Shown: positions 27,409 through 36,905 of the stretch, in pieces | Position numbering within the stretch: the stretch's first letter is position 1 | Layout of the letters: every line of letters starts with the position of its first letter | Source of the DNA: Escherichia phage VEc20 | Reading direction: 5' to 3' (one strand) | Sequence record: MN022785.1 | DNA: 64,000 nucleotides | Translations under genes and position numbers: made by a program | The notes under the pieces: generated by a model | Told to the model about the DNA's origin: nothing | The model's input: only the letters and a program-made list of their open reading frames with translations | The model's database searches: none

Positions 27409-27946
27409 TTACTATTTCCAAAAGTTTATTATTTTTAAGGTAATTAGCCTTTTCTAGGACTTCAGAAGCATATTTAGAACCTGCTTTAACATTCCATCCC
27501 GAATTATAAGAGGATATTGCTTTTCTTATATCGCCCTTATGTATATTTAACCAATAAGAAAGTTCAATGTACGCCCAGGAAGCTGAATTGGATCGTTTAT
27601 TCAACATTCTTTTTATTTCAGCATCGGTCATATTATAACCAAGTTCCTTAACTCTTGCTCGCATAGTAGGCAAATAATTTTGGAACATTCCATAAGCGTG
27701 ATGCTTTGGTTTAGGTTTTAAATTAACTCCGCCAGAGCTTTCTTGCCATAAAATAGCAGCCATTATATGACCTAATCCGCTCTTGTGGATATTTTTGTGT
27801 GTTTTATATTTTCCATCCTTAGAAAATTGTTCCCCGAATTGATACGCGTAACGCATGTTATCGAGTTGGACATTACTGAAAGTATGCTCGGAGCTATGTG
27901 CCATCATTGAAATGGCCAATAGACCAGCGAGTAGTGCTTTTCTCAT
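27401..27946 (-). CDS. Secreted lysozyme/transglycosylase-like protein (at the position of T4 vs.1)
   Basis: 181 aa; signal peptide; WQES..G motif reminiscent of lytic transglycosylases. Confidence 0.55.
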   Translation of the reverse strand: MRKALLAGLLAISMMAHSSEHTFSNVQLDNMRYAYQFGEQFSKDGKYKTHKNIHKSGLGHIMAAILWQESSGGVNLKPKPKHHAYGMFQNYLPTMRARVKELGYNMTDAEIKRMLNKRSNSASWAYIELSYWLNIHKGDIRKAISSYNSGWNVKAGSKYASEVLEKANYLKNNKLLEIVND

Positions 27947-27953
27947 GCTTACC

Positions 27954-28415
27954 TCATTGAGTTTTAATTACTGCTTTAGAAGCCTTTCCTGGTAAACGAC
28001 GACTATTGATAATTGCCATCCTGCACTGAAGTGACGGGTCTTTGAACTTCGCATTAGGTTTACAAACTGTAAATCCAAGCCAAAGATTTCCATCTGTGAT
28101 TTCTAAACGTCCAGGACGATATTCAACCCCATCAATAAAATCCTCGTCAATATCAGGACGCGGAGGCATACTCAGGAATTCATTAACTTCTAAAACATGG
28201 TCTTTTATTTTATGGAATAATTCAAAAACGTATGTCTCATCAATCTCCCGTTGAATTGCGCGATCAAGAAGATGTTGAGAATATTTTAGATGAAACGATG
28301 AGACTCCTGCTGCTTTTGATGCCTCACGAATCTCATTGTTAATTTGACGAAACTCCGACTCAAAGTGACGACGAAGCTTATTTCGACGGATAAAAACTTC
28401 TGTATTGATAGTCAT
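27954..28415 (-). CDS. regB: Endoribonuclease RegB
   Basis: 153 aa as in T4 RegB; early-promoter-like element immediately upstream. Confidence 0.75.
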   Translation of the reverse strand: MTINTEVFIRRNKLRRHFESEFRQINNEIREASKAAGVSSFHLKYSQHLLDRAIQREIDETYVFELFHKIKDHVLEVNEFLSMPPRPDIDEDFIDGVEYRPGRLEITDGNLWLGFTVCKPNAKFKDPSLQCRMAIINSRRLPGKASKAVIKTQ

Positions 28416-28432
28416 GTTATTCTCCTCTTAAC

Positions 28433-28463
28433 TGATAGAAAAATTATACCACAGTCAAGAGGA
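28433..28463 (-). promoter_or_regulatory. Early promoter-like element upstream of regB
   Basis: Minus strand GTTTAC, 17 nt, TATAAT. Confidence 0.5.
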
Positions 28464-28474
28464 AAAGTAAACAG

Positions 28475-28795
28475 TTATTCTTTAAATCTAATCAATTTAT
28501 TCATAGACTTTGAAACTTCTGCACGAACCTCATGTAGATTTTTGAGCTGTTCAAGACGCTGCGTATAGTAAGCAATTTCATCTTCTTCGAGACAGTCCTG
28601 TGAATCTTCTTTAAGATACCGTGCATAGTCCTGGAAAGCGTTACGGACTACTTCCTGGAAGTCATCAAGACTTTGAATTTTCTTAGGAGCAGCAGACACA
28701 CGACGAGGGGCAGTATAATACTCATAACCAAACCCTGCGCTTAATTGAGCCATTAGTATTTTTCCTCTGGTTGGAACACAGCACGACAAGCCCAC
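28475..28795 (-). CDS. Hypothetical protein
   Basis: 106-aa ORF. Confidence 0.5.
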   Translation of the reverse strand: MGLSCCVPTRGKILMAQLSAGFGYEYYTAPRRVSAAPKKIQSLDDFQEVVRNAFQDYARYLKEDSQDCLEEDEIAYYTQRLEQLKNLHEVRAEVSKSMNKLIRFKE

Positions 28796-29055
28796 ATACT
28801 GGCTTCTTTGAGTTTCGTTTTAGCAATAGCTAACTGATCGAGGCTTTCAGCATAATTCTTCGCGAGTTCAAAGTCTTCGCAATCGTCCCACGCTTCCCAG
28901 AATTCATCATATAAAGCATCAAAGATAAGTCCTAAACGAACTTCAGCGTCTTTAATAGCATTTACTTTACCGATTTTTTCGTCGGTATGTGGTTTATAAC
29001 CCTTAATATCTTCAATCATATTTGACTTCCTCACCAGTGCATAAATCGTATTCAA
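28753..29055 (-). CDS. Hypothetical helical protein (vs.x region)
   Basis: 100-aa ORF; 5' end overlaps the upstream ORF, start uncertain. Confidence 0.45.
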   Translation of the reverse strand: MNTIYALVRKSNMIEDIKGYKPHTDEKIGKVNAIKDAEVRLGLIFDALYDEFWEAWDDCEDFELAKNYAESLDQLAIAKTKLKEASMWACRAVFQPEEKY

Positions 29056-29233
29056 CTAAACGAATAGGTTCATGAATGCCATATCCCTGAACAGAAATTT
29101 CTGTCGTAGGATAAATTCCATCAATATCACCCATATTCCAGGCTTCATTAAATTGCTGTTCGCCTGAATTACTAAACCACTCGGCGAAAGCATTTAGCAC
29201 ATCTTCAGAACCTTCAATAATTATCTTTGCCAT
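29012..29233 (-). CDS. Small hypothetical protein
   Basis: 73-aa ORF. Confidence 0.45.
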   Translation of the reverse strand: MAKIIIEGSEDVLNAFAEWFSNSGEQQFNEAWNMGDIDGIYPTTEISVQGYGIHEPIRLVEYDLCTGEEVKYD

Positions 29234-29595
29234 TACAAACTCTCGGTAAAGGTACGAGCGATAACGTCGCGCTGCTGTTCCGGAGTCAGAGAGTTAAAGC
29301 GAACTGCATAACCGGATACACGGATGGTCAGCTGCGGATATTTTTCCGGATGCTTAACTGCATCTTCCAGAGTTTCACGACGCAGAACGTTAACGTTCAG
29401 GTGTTGACCACCTTCAATTTTAACTGTAGGCTGTGGCTCAATTTCAATTTCACGGGCATGCAAACCATAGAAAATTTCTGGGTCTACAAAAGAGTCCTCT
29501 TTAAAGGTTTTAGAAACGATAATTCGTGCTTGAATACCATCTTCAAAATAAATAGTGCCTTTGTGTGTGCCTTCAAGAATTTGATATGCTTTCAT
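29233..29595 (-). CDS. grcA: Autonomous glycyl radical cofactor (GrcA/YfiD-like)
   Basis: 120 aa; C-terminal ~60 aa including the RVSGYAVRF glycyl-radical motif match recalled E. coli GrcA; this part uses GC-rich host-like codons. Confidence 0.85.
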   Translation of the reverse strand: MKAYQILEGTHKGTIYFEDGIQARIIVSKTFKEDSFVDPEIFYGLHAREIEIEPQPTVKIEGGQHLNVNVLRRETLEDAVKHPEKYPQLTIRVSGYAVRFNSLTPEQQRDVIARTFTESL

Positions 29596-29602
29596 ATAAA
29601 CC

Positions 29603-29932
29603 TCAATTAGAAAATAAATTTATCCAAGATTGTTCTTTAATTAAAAACGGCTCAGAATCATATGCCATTAAACTTTGCGTAATTAATCCTTTAAAAGGTC
29701 CATCAATAAATTCCATGGTAAAATACGGAATTTTATTCATTAATCTTGCATTAGGAGCAGTGCACAAAACTCTGCATCCTTTGAATACGCCTTTTTGTAA
29801 TTTGTATTGCTTGGGATAAAATTCGCTCAAAATGTTATTTTTTGCCAAAATTTCAAAATGATTCACCAATTTATTTTTAATAGTTTTTGGTGAAAAATAA
29901 AGATATTCGAAAAGCTGAGTGTCTGTCATCAT
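29603..29932 (-). CDS. Hypothetical protein
   Basis: ORF 29603..29983; start likely the internal MMTDTQ. Confidence 0.45.
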   Translation of the reverse strand: MMTDTQLFEYLYFSPKTIKNKLVNHFEILAKNNILSEFYPKQYKLQKGVFKGCRVLCTAPNARLMNKIPYFTMEFIDGPFKGLITQSLMAYDSEPFLIKEQSWINLFSN

Positions 29933-30468
29933 TGCATTCCGATTACGAAAAACTGTGGACGAGTAATACCACCAATGCAACATTTAATATTACAGCAGCA
30001 GTGTACAGTGTCAATATGGACACTATAAATCTTATCCATATCAGGAGATTTGACAGGCTCATCAATTATATACAAAATTCGCGAAAGCGATAAACCTCTG
30101 AACTTGCTTCCTTTATTACCAATAAAACTGCGCACAGAATCAGTAAATAAACGAAAACGTATATCATCATTAGAATAACGCGAAAATTCCTTTTTAATAT
30201 TATCTGCGGAAATTTTAGCGTAAGCTGAAGTATTAGAAAGAACAATAACTGTTCCACCGTCATACAACCAATTAGCGGCAAAATTAGTTACTGCAGTTGA
30301 TTTACCAGATTGACGCCCACCATCTAGTCGAAGTGTACAATACTGTTTAAGTAAGTCTTCAAATGGCGGGATATATTCGTTTTTACAAATTTCTTCTACT
30401 CTAGCATCAGAATGGTGTGTAAAAGCATTCATCAGGGATAGATAAGGACCAGTTAAAAATGTTCTCAT
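29929..30468 (-). CDS. Small P-loop protein
   Basis: ORF 29929..30516; Walker A GGRQSGKST and Walker B-like ILYIIDEP; start may be the internal MRTFLTG. Confidence 0.5.
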   Translation of the reverse strand: MRTFLTGPYLSLMNAFTHHSDARVEEICKNEYIPPFEDLLKQYCTLRLDGGRQSGKSTAVTNFAANWLYDGGTVIVLSNTSAYAKISADNIKKEFSRYSNDDIRFRLFTDSVRSFIGNKGSKFRGLSLSRILYIIDEPVKSPDMDKIYSVHIDTVHCCCNIKCCIGGITRPQFFVIGMQ

Positions 30469-30613
30469 TTTGTTCTCTCTAGGTTTGGGCCATTCCATGG
30501 CGCATGAATTGTCCATTTCTGTATTTACCCATTACCGCACTTGGGCTCGACCTTATTACAGGTTGGCGGGAATCCCTCACAGAATCATGAGGTCCAGGTT
30601 ATTCCCATGTTAT

Positions 30614-31030
30614 TTAAATGTAAATATTTTTGCCGTAATACTTATACCAGTGTGGCTTCATTAAAATTTTTTCATCGAGTCGTTGTTGACTCAACTTAAT
30701 AGCTGATTTGCATGGATTATAATCATTTTTCCATTCTACTGGAATATCGCTGATGTCAGGAACTTCAGTATCTTTTATACTGAACCCGCGTTTTAAGCAT
30801 TCCGTTATAATGTCCGATTGACGCTTTCGCAAAAATTCTAACTTATCGTAAAAGAAAGTAACATGACCAGAACCTAAAATAAATTTAGAAGATATTTTAA
30901 AATCTTTAACGCGCTTACCGTTTGCCACATGCTTACGAACTATACCAAAAACACGCGGCAATTCACGGTATTCTGCGATTAAATGTTGATCAGCAAGTTC
31001 AGATACTAAAGTCAAATTAATACGAGTCAT
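30614..31030 (-). CDS. denV: Endonuclease V (pyrimidine-dimer DNA glycosylase)
   Basis: 138 aa; [17 protein letters not shown]... close to recalled T4 endo V. Confidence 0.9.
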   Translation of the reverse strand: MTRINLTLVSELADQHLIAEYRELPRVFGIVRKHVANGKRVKDFKISSKFILGSGHVTFFYDKLEFLRKRQSDIITECLKRGFSIKDTEVPDISDIPVEWKNDYNPCKSAIKLSQQRLDEKILMKPHWYKYYGKNIYI

Positions 31031-31046
31031 TTTATCCCTCCAAGTA

Positions 31047-31085
31047 ACTGTGAATATACTATCACAATTCTAGGAGAAAGTAAAC
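31047..31085 (-). promoter_or_regulatory. Early promoter-like element upstream of denV
   Basis: Minus strand GTTTAC, spacer, TAGTAT. Confidence 0.45.
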
Positions 31086-31089
31086 AACT

Positions 31090-31620
<531 letters not shown>

Positions 31621-32061
31621 TTAAAAGAGGCTGTTCATTATTCGGTAAAGTGAAGGACCCATCACATATTGCCACTGAGTACGAGGAATAAGAGCAAAAG
31701 CATCCATCTCTGGAATCATAACGCCATCTTTATTTTCAAAATAAGACTCGCAATGGCAATTTCTAAACATCTTATGCTCTACTGGAATCGTATAATAAAA
31801 TAACTGTAAGTCTTTATTACTAGAATATTTAAATACACCTAGGTCTTCTAGAAGGTCTGGATTATAATTGCTAAAACCGGTCTCTTCTAAGCATTCTCTT
31901 TTTGCAGCTTCCAGTGCATTCAAATCAGAACTTTCTACACGTCCCTTTGGAATATCCCAGCGATGTGCCATCATTCCAGGCTTACGAGAACCAGTAACCC
32001 GACCCATAAATAAATCTTTATCTTCTGTCATGAAGATAATACCAGCTGATAATGTTTTCAT
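31621..32061 (-). CDS. Nudix hydrolase (e.1-like)
   Basis: Nudix box G.VESSDLNALEAAKRECLEETG; start set at MKTLS (ATGA overlap with upstream gene). Confidence 0.8.
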   Translation of the reverse strand: MKTLSAGIIFMTEDKDLFMGRVTGSRKPGMMAHRWDIPKGRVESSDLNALEAAKRECLEETGFSNYNPDLLEDLGVFKYSSNKDLQLFYYTIPVEHKMFRNCHCESYFENKDGVMIPEMDAFALIPRTQWQYVMGPSLYRIMNSLF

Positions 32062-32546
32062 TTTAATTTCCTGCATTCAGTGATAAAGTTATTTAAATTT
32101 TGAGCATATTTCTTTTCATCAAAAATCTTTTGTTGTCTGCGTAAACGCCATGGCATTTCAATGAACATACGCCATATTCCTGATAATACTGCTGCTGTAA
32201 AAATATTAACAAGTATAGTTAAAAGAACCCAATCTCCTATTCTGTCCATTGGATTTTTTATAAAAAAGTAAAATACGAACGATGATATAGGAAGACTAAT
32301 GATATACCACAGAAGAACCTTCTTATCTGTGAACCAATCAGCATTCGTTAACTTAGCGCGACCGTTTTGAATACATACGAACTTATCATCTGTTACAGTA
32401 AATGGCTTAGCTGCTTGATATCCCATTCTAAACTCCCTAATCAACAAATTTTTCATATCTTCGGAACAACCATTCCAGTCAACTCTATCAACTGAAATGC
32501 CATCATCCCCATCATCTAAATCATACCAGCGAGTTTTTAAAATCAT
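32058..32546 (-). CDS. Membrane protein
   Basis: 162 aa with hydrophobic helices. Confidence 0.55.
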   Translation of the reverse strand: MILKTRWYDLDDGDDGISVDRVDWNGCSEDMKNLLIREFRMGYQAAKPFTVTDDKFVCIQNGRAKLTNADWFTDKKVLLWYIISLPISSFVFYFFIKNPMDRIGDWVLLTILVNIFTAAVLSGIWRMFIEMPWRLRRQQKIFDEKKYAQNLNNFITECRKLK

Positions 32547-32905
32547 TTAATTTTCCTACAATCACTCACAAACTCTTTCATTGACTCATTTTCAATATAA
32601 GACATGTAGCTATTATATTCTTTTAATTGTATTTTGTAATCTTTTTTTCTTTGCCAATTTATTTTAAAATTATCATAATGAAAATATAAAATGATACCAA
32701 AGAATGAAAACAATGAAATAATTTTAGTATAACAAAGCTCACTCCAAACTTCTGTTATATTTACTGTGCCGTCGATGTTTAAAATAAGACAGTCAATTAA
32801 CAATCCAAAAAGACTACCCGCAAGAGCTGCAGCCAACGCTACAGCAAAAATTAAAAATGACTCAGGAAGCGAATATTTGACTTTATTTAGTTTTGGCTTT
32901 TGCAT
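32543..32905 (-). CDS. Membrane protein
   Basis: 120 aa with two hydrophobic segments. Confidence 0.55.
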   Translation of the reverse strand: MQKPKLNKVKYSLPESFLIFAVALAAALAGSLFGLLIDCLILNIDGTVNITEVWSELCYTKIISLFSFFGIILYFHYDNFKINWQRKKDYKIQLKEYNSYMSYIENESMKEFVSDCRKIK

Positions 32906-33300
32906 CGTGATTCCTTAACAAATTTCATAATTTCATCAAATTCATACATATCTAGCTTAAGCTGGTGTTCCTTTTTAATCTTTTTACACTGAGCTTTCCA
33001 ATCACGTACACGTTTACGATAATGTCTTCCTTGATACCAGTATCCTACCCAATTTACGGGTACTAATAAAAGTGGAACTATTAATGGAAGAATTAGCATT
33101 AACACAAGTATTTCGCCAGAATCAATATCAGTCATAACATCTAAAACACCTCCAATAATCAATAGAATTACAAATGATATGAGTATAACAGGACCTATTA
33201 ACACATCAGTAGAAATTATCTGACGCTTTGGTTCATACTTCACAGGTTTACTTGGAAGGTATAGTGATGGTTTTGACATATTCTCTACATTCCTTAACAA
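32887..33300 (-). CDS. Membrane protein
   Basis: 137 aa with hydrophobic segments. Confidence 0.55.
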   Translation of the reverse strand: MLRNVENMSKPSLYLPSKPVKYEPKRQIISTDVLIGPVILISFVILLIIGGVLDVMTDIDSGEILVLMLILPLIVPLLLVPVNWVGYWYQGRHYRKRVRDWKAQCKKIKKEHQLKLDMYEFDEIMKFVKESRCKSQN

Positions 33301-33856
33301 ATTTTTCTAGTAATAAATCACTTTCAAAATTGGGATTTTCTACAAATTTATCAAAAAGATCATCAACAATAGTTAAGATATTCTTTTTACTAAGAATACG
33401 TTTATTTTCATGCTTCGTTTCAGAATCAACTATAAGAGTAAAGAAATATTTCTTGCCCTGAAATTTTACAGTAGTATCAATATAAAATAAATTTGACTTT
33501 TGTAAATTACGTTTAAACCATGCGTCACTTAAACTATAAACACCGAGATAATCAAAATCGTCGTTTAAATAACAAACCGTCCATTCAGGAGAAATGAAAT
33601 CAGTAAATTCAACATCAAAATCACACGTCAATGAATGAATTGATTCAATACTGTTAATGAGTATTCCAGGACGTATTAAAGACTTTTTACCTCTAGAAAA
33701 TCTTCCGGAAAGGCTTTCATCAGTTTCATATGAAGACCCCCAATAGTAATTACGTCCTTCTGCCATGCGTTTAAGAGCATTTAGTAATTGGTCTGGAACA
33801 TCAACCTGTCTTTGGAACTCTTCAAACATTGAATTGAAATCACTTTGCATTTTCAT
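33248..33856 (-). CDS. Hypothetical protein
   Basis: 202-aa ORF; UUCG hairpin (33875-33894) upstream on the minus strand. Confidence 0.55.
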   Translation of the reverse strand: MKMQSDFNSMFEEFQRQVDVPDQLLNALKRMAEGRNYYWGSSYETDESLSGRFSRGKKSLIRPGILINSIESIHSLTCDFDVEFTDFISPEWTVCYLNDDFDYLGVYSLSDAWFKRNLQKSNLFYIDTTVKFQGKKYFFTLIVDSETKHENKRILSKKNILTIVDDLFDKFVENPNFESDLLLEKFVKECREYVKTITIPSK

Positions 33857-33897
33857 TCCTATTTACTCCAAGTATAAGGGGCCGAAGCCCCTTATCA

Positions 33898-34491
33898 TTA
33901 TTTCAGAGAATTAATGTATTCCTGAACATCGGCAGAGGTAGTTTCAACCCCAGAAATATTACCGTTAAAGGTTTCAACTCGAGCAAGGGTATCTTCAATA
34001 TCAACCTTAGTCAGTGCTGCAATTTCAACTACATCATCAGCAGTACTAATTCCAAGGGCATTTGCTGCACGAGTTTCACGGATATATTCCAATTTAACCG
34101 CAAGTTCTTGACGAGCATCATCTAACTCAACTACTTTCTTGGCGATTTCAATTCGCATTTCAGCATAACCGTCAGCCTTAGTAGTCAACTGCTCAGCTGT
34201 TCGACGATATAGTAAACCGAGTTTAGCATGCATTGTTACATCTTGGCCTTCGGAAAGAAGTTTACGAATTTCACGCTCTTTTGATTCGGCCTGTCGATTC
34301 TTTTCGATAACAAGTTCACGAATACGTTTTTCTTCGTTAATAGATTTAACAGAAGCAGTTTTTAGATCTTTAATTTTATCAAGTAGTTTTGCTGCTGCAG
34401 CAGTATACTGTTCTTCGACAGATAGATTTTTAGCCATAGCAGAACCAAGTTTAGTGCGAATAAACTCAACAATTTTCTTCAGTGTGTTCAT
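33898..34491 (-). CDS. Coiled-coil protein resembling the PspA/IM30 family
   Basis: 197 aa, predominantly charged helical heptads (LLSEGQD...LYRRTAEQL...[14 protein letters not shown]); similarity judged by eye. Confidence 0.5.
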   Translation of the reverse strand: MNTLKKIVEFIRTKLGSAMAKNLSVEEQYTAAAAKLLDKIKDLKTASVKSINEEKRIRELVIEKNRQAESKEREIRKLLSEGQDVTMHAKLGLLYRRTAEQLTTKADGYAEMRIEIAKKVVELDDARQELAVKLEYIRETRAANALGISTADDVVEIAALTKVDIEDTLARVETFNGNISGVETTSADVQEYINSLK

Positions 34492-34593
34492 AGTATTTCC
34501 TTAGGTTAATTGAGATTTAAAATCCGTAGGAGTTATAATACTCTATCGTCAAATTATAGGCTCATAATATCTCAATCATGAGCCTGCGTAAAC

Positions 34594-34857
34594 TTATTTC
34601 ATATTATTGAAATATTCTTCTGCGATTTCGTCGTTATCATGGTAAACTTTAGAAGACAGTTTAACATAACCTTCTGCTGTGAACATATTAATCACAACTT
34701 TTACAGTATACCACTGACCGTCTTCATTACCCATTACTGCGTAAGTTTCAAACATCGGATGATCAGGACCGATAACTTTAATATCATTCACTGTACGACC
34801 GAAATCTTCTGAAACGCATTTCATAAAGAAGTTGAACAGTTCGCCGTAATTATCCAT
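34594..34857 (-). CDS. Hypothetical protein
   Basis: ORF 34594..34911; start moved to MDNYGEL because a promoter-like element lies at 34901-34931. Confidence 0.5.
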   Translation of the reverse strand: MDNYGELFNFFMKCVSEDFGRTVNDIKVIGPDHPMFETYAVMGNEDGQWYTVKVVINMFTAEGYVKLSSKVYHDNDEIAEEYFNNMK

Positions 34858-34900
34858 TTCATTCTCCAAGTTGTTTTTCTGTATCAGTAGTTGATAGTTG

Positions 34901-34931
34901 TATAGTACCATGGAAGAACAGGGATGTAAAC
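34901..34931 (-). promoter_or_regulatory. PeSL-type early promoter-like element
   Basis: GTTTACA, 17 nt, TACTATA. Confidence 0.5.
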
Positions 34932-35062
34932 AGTTTTGTGAAAAAATTTTTAAAAAGTTTTAGGGAATTCTAGGGTCAGGAGGGACAATTAAAAGGTAGG
35001 ATAATATATTATAAAGGGTATAAACTAAATGATGCCTAGAGAGACAAGGAAAGGCCTAGATA

Positions 35063-35097
35063 CCAAAAAGCCCCAACCTTTTGGTCGGGGCTAAGAA
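35063..35097 (-). terminator. Rho-independent terminator (copy 1 of a repeated hairpin)
   Basis: Minus strand agccccgaccaaaaggttggggct followed by TTTTT; near-identical to the hairpin at 35596-35632. Confidence 0.7.
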
Positions 35098-35099
35098 TG

Positions 35100-35561
35100 T
35101 TATTTGATTTGTTTAGCAGACCAAATGCGGTCTTTGATGATTTTTTGGAGGTCTTCAACATACTCTAGGTCATGAGCATGTGGATTATCTTTGAAACTAT
35201 GAGCTCGCGCAAGTTTCTGGCCTTCGGTCTTAATTATCAAAAGTTCTTTAAGAATTGCTTCATACCTAGAGATAATTCCTTTAGCAATATTTTTTTCTTG
35301 TGCTGCTTTAGGGTCAGCCTTAGGAGCAGGTTTACCAGAAGGTTTTTCGAAAGCCGCGCCAGTAGCAACCAGGCTTTTCCAGGCGGTGGTAACATAGTTA
35401 CCCACAAAGCCTTCAGCTCTCATATCGTCGTAGAACTTGTACCGAGATTCGTCAGAAGCATCTTTATAAGAATATTTACCAGCTTTAATAGCAGCAGTTG
35501 CTACAGCGCGAACATCTGAAGCGGATGCTTCGGTCATTAAAAATTGAGCATAAGTTTTCAT
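35100..35561 (-). CDS. Internal-protein-like protein with capsid-targeting-sequence-like N-terminus
   Basis: 153 aa beginning MKTYAQF, compare the T4 IPIII capsid-targeting sequence MKTYQEFIAE; Lys/Ala-rich; flanked by the two repeated terminators. Confidence 0.6.
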   Translation of the reverse strand: MKTYAQFLMTEASASDVRAVATAAIKAGKYSYKDASDESRYKFYDDMRAEGFVGNYVTTAWKSLVATGAAFEKPSGKPAPKADPKAAQEKNIAKGIISRYEAILKELLIIKTEGQKLARAHSFKDNPHAHDLEYVEDLQKIIKDRIWSAKQIK

Positions 35562-35595
35562 TGTTATTTCCTGTGTTAATTAACTCATCTATTTA

Positions 35596-35632
35596 TACTA
35601 AAAAGCCCCAACCTTTCGATCGGGGCTAAGCC
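35596..35632 (-). terminator. Rho-independent terminator (copy 2)
   Basis: Minus strand agccccgatcgaaaggttggggct followed by TTTTT. Confidence 0.7.
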
Positions 35633-35639
35633 TTGCGGC

Positions 35640-35935
35640 AACCTTGTCGGGGTTCCACCTGCTAAGGCAAGTGTTTGTACGAAACGCCGGGATTCGAACC
35701 CGGTTATTAAGTAGTTGACGCTACTCAATATTTTTAAAAGGCCATATCTCGACCATATCCGAACGTTCCGTCAAAAACGCTACTCGGCTTACGGCAAAGA
35801 TATTTCCTCGAATCGATAATTCGGTGCGCCGTTTCTGCTGTGATAGTAAAGAGCCAGAACACAGTAAAACTGTGGGAGGAAACTATACTCCAGGGAACAT
35901 CAGTCCGACGACTTACCGGTAGCGACCCGGTTTCT
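35640..35935 (-). ncRNA. Putative stable structured RNA(s) with a tRNA-like T-arm (possible counterpart of T4 RNA species 1/2)
   Basis: No ORF; canonical T-arm CCGGG-TTCGAAT-CCCGG at 35687-35703 with a possible 7-bp acceptor pairing (35680-35686 with 35764-35770); followed by a terminator. Confidence 0.4.
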
Positions 35936-36285
35936 TAATATTCTTTTAAAGAATCAATATATTCACGGCGTTTACGCCACAAATCAATTGCTTCATACGC
36001 GGATTCAGCATTTCGAATTAGCCGGCATTTATGTAAAGACTTATGATTTTGATATTGTGTAGATAACGGAATTGTATCTAAAAGGTCTTTACGATCAAAA
36101 TATTCGTAACCATCTAAACCAAATGAACGATTTTTGAGAAATTGCCAATGACCATATTCGTTTTCGACATAAACATAATCTGCATGCTGATAAAGCAAAT
36201 TAATTACACGTTCAGAAATAACAGTATCATTATGATTAAAATAGAATGTTAAATCATGAACTACTAAATAAACATTACCTTTCAT
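35935..36285 (-). CDS. Hypothetical protein between tRNA-Arg and the structured-RNA region
   Basis: 116-aa ORF. Confidence 0.5.
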   Translation of the reverse strand: MKGNVYLVVHDLTFYFNHNDTVISERVINLLYQHADYVYVENEYGHWQFLKNRSFGLDGYEYFDRKDLLDTIPLSTQYQNHKSLHKCRLIRNAESAYEAIDLWRKRREYIDSLKEY

Positions 36286-36303
36286 ATTTTCCTCACTTAT
36301 AAT

Positions 36304-36379
36304 TGGTCGAGGCAGTAGGGATCGAACCTACGACCTAGGACTTAGAAGGTCCTTGCTCTTCCTTCTGAGCTATGCCCCG
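36304..36379 (-). tRNA. tRNA-Arg (anticodon UCU), CCA encoded
   Basis: Hand-folded cloverleaf: 7-bp acceptor with one G-U, T-arm GTAGG/CCTAC, anticodon loop CUUCUAA. Confidence 0.8.
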
Positions 36380-36383
36380 TAAT

Positions 36384-36459
36384 TGGGGTGACCGATGGGA
36401 GTCGAACCCATGACTACGAGAATCACAATCTCGAGTTCTACCAACTGAACTACGGCCAC
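36384..36459 (-). tRNA. tRNA-His (anticodon GUG), discriminator C, CCA encoded
   Basis: Hand-folded: T-arm ATGGG/CCCAT, anticodon stem CGAGA/TCTCG, loop UUGUGAU; G-1 not encoded. Confidence 0.65.
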
Positions 36460-36573
36460 ATTAATACCTACTCCAACAATCAAGATGTCTTCACACGAAA
36501 TTAAGAGAAGAGTGATCAGTTCAACCCCTATAATCGCGTCAAGTAGATATTAATGTGACAGTTGTCACAAATT

Positions 36574-36649
36574 TGGCGGACGTGATAGGATTCGAACCTA
36601 TAACCAATCGCTTAACAGGCGATCGCTCTGCCATTGAGCTACACATCCA
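36574..36649 (-). tRNA. tRNA-Asn (anticodon GUU)
   Basis: Hand-folded: T-arm ATAGG/CCTAT, anticodon stem ATCGC/GCGAT, loop CUGUUAA. Confidence 0.7.
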
Positions 36650-36652
36650 AAT

Positions 36653-36739
36653 TGGTGGGGAGTGGTGGAGTCGAACCACCCGAGTCGCAATGACAATGAA
36701 TTTACAGTCCACACCGCTACATCTACGGGATAACTCCCC
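36653..36739 (-). tRNA. Type II (long variable arm) tRNA, probably tRNA-Tyr (GUA)
   Basis: Perfect 7-bp acceptor, T-arm GGTGG/CCACC, 87 nt; anticodon loop CUGUAAA; D-arm and anticodon stem irregular. Confidence 0.55.
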
Positions 36740-36748
36740 AAATTAATT

Positions 36749-36823
36749 TGGTGGCCCTGGGTGGAATTGAACCACCATCTGGCGATTATGAGTCGCTTGC
36801 TTGAACCTTCCAGCTACAGGGCC
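36749..36823 (-). tRNA. tRNA with CAU anticodon (Met, or Ile if lysidine-modified as in T4)
   Basis: Perfect acceptor stem, T-loop TTCAATT, anticodon loop CUCAUAA. Confidence 0.75.
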
Positions 36824-36824
36824 T

Positions 36825-36900
36825 TGGTGCTGATTGACGGAATCGAACCGCCGACCTTCTCATTACAAGTGAGTTGCTCTACCTACTGAGCTAAATCAGC
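36825..36900 (-). tRNA. tRNA-Thr (anticodon UGU)
   Basis: Perfect acceptor, anticodon loop CUUGUAA. Confidence 0.8.
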
Positions 36901-36905
36901 AAAAC

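Noticed and set aside
29227-29610. Plus-strand 127-aa ORF
   Set aside because: Antisense to the GrcA-like gene, whose identity is strongly supported.
36460-36573. Gap in the tRNA array with a 6-bp hairpin (tgtgac agtt gtcaca) - possible additional tRNA
   Set aside because: No T-arm or acceptor pairing could be folded; more likely a spacer, processing site or tRNA remnant.
36555-36746. Plus-strand 63-aa ORF, and the similar 37081..37281 plus ORF
   Set aside because: Both lie across well-folded minus-strand tRNA genes; artefacts of tRNA sequence.
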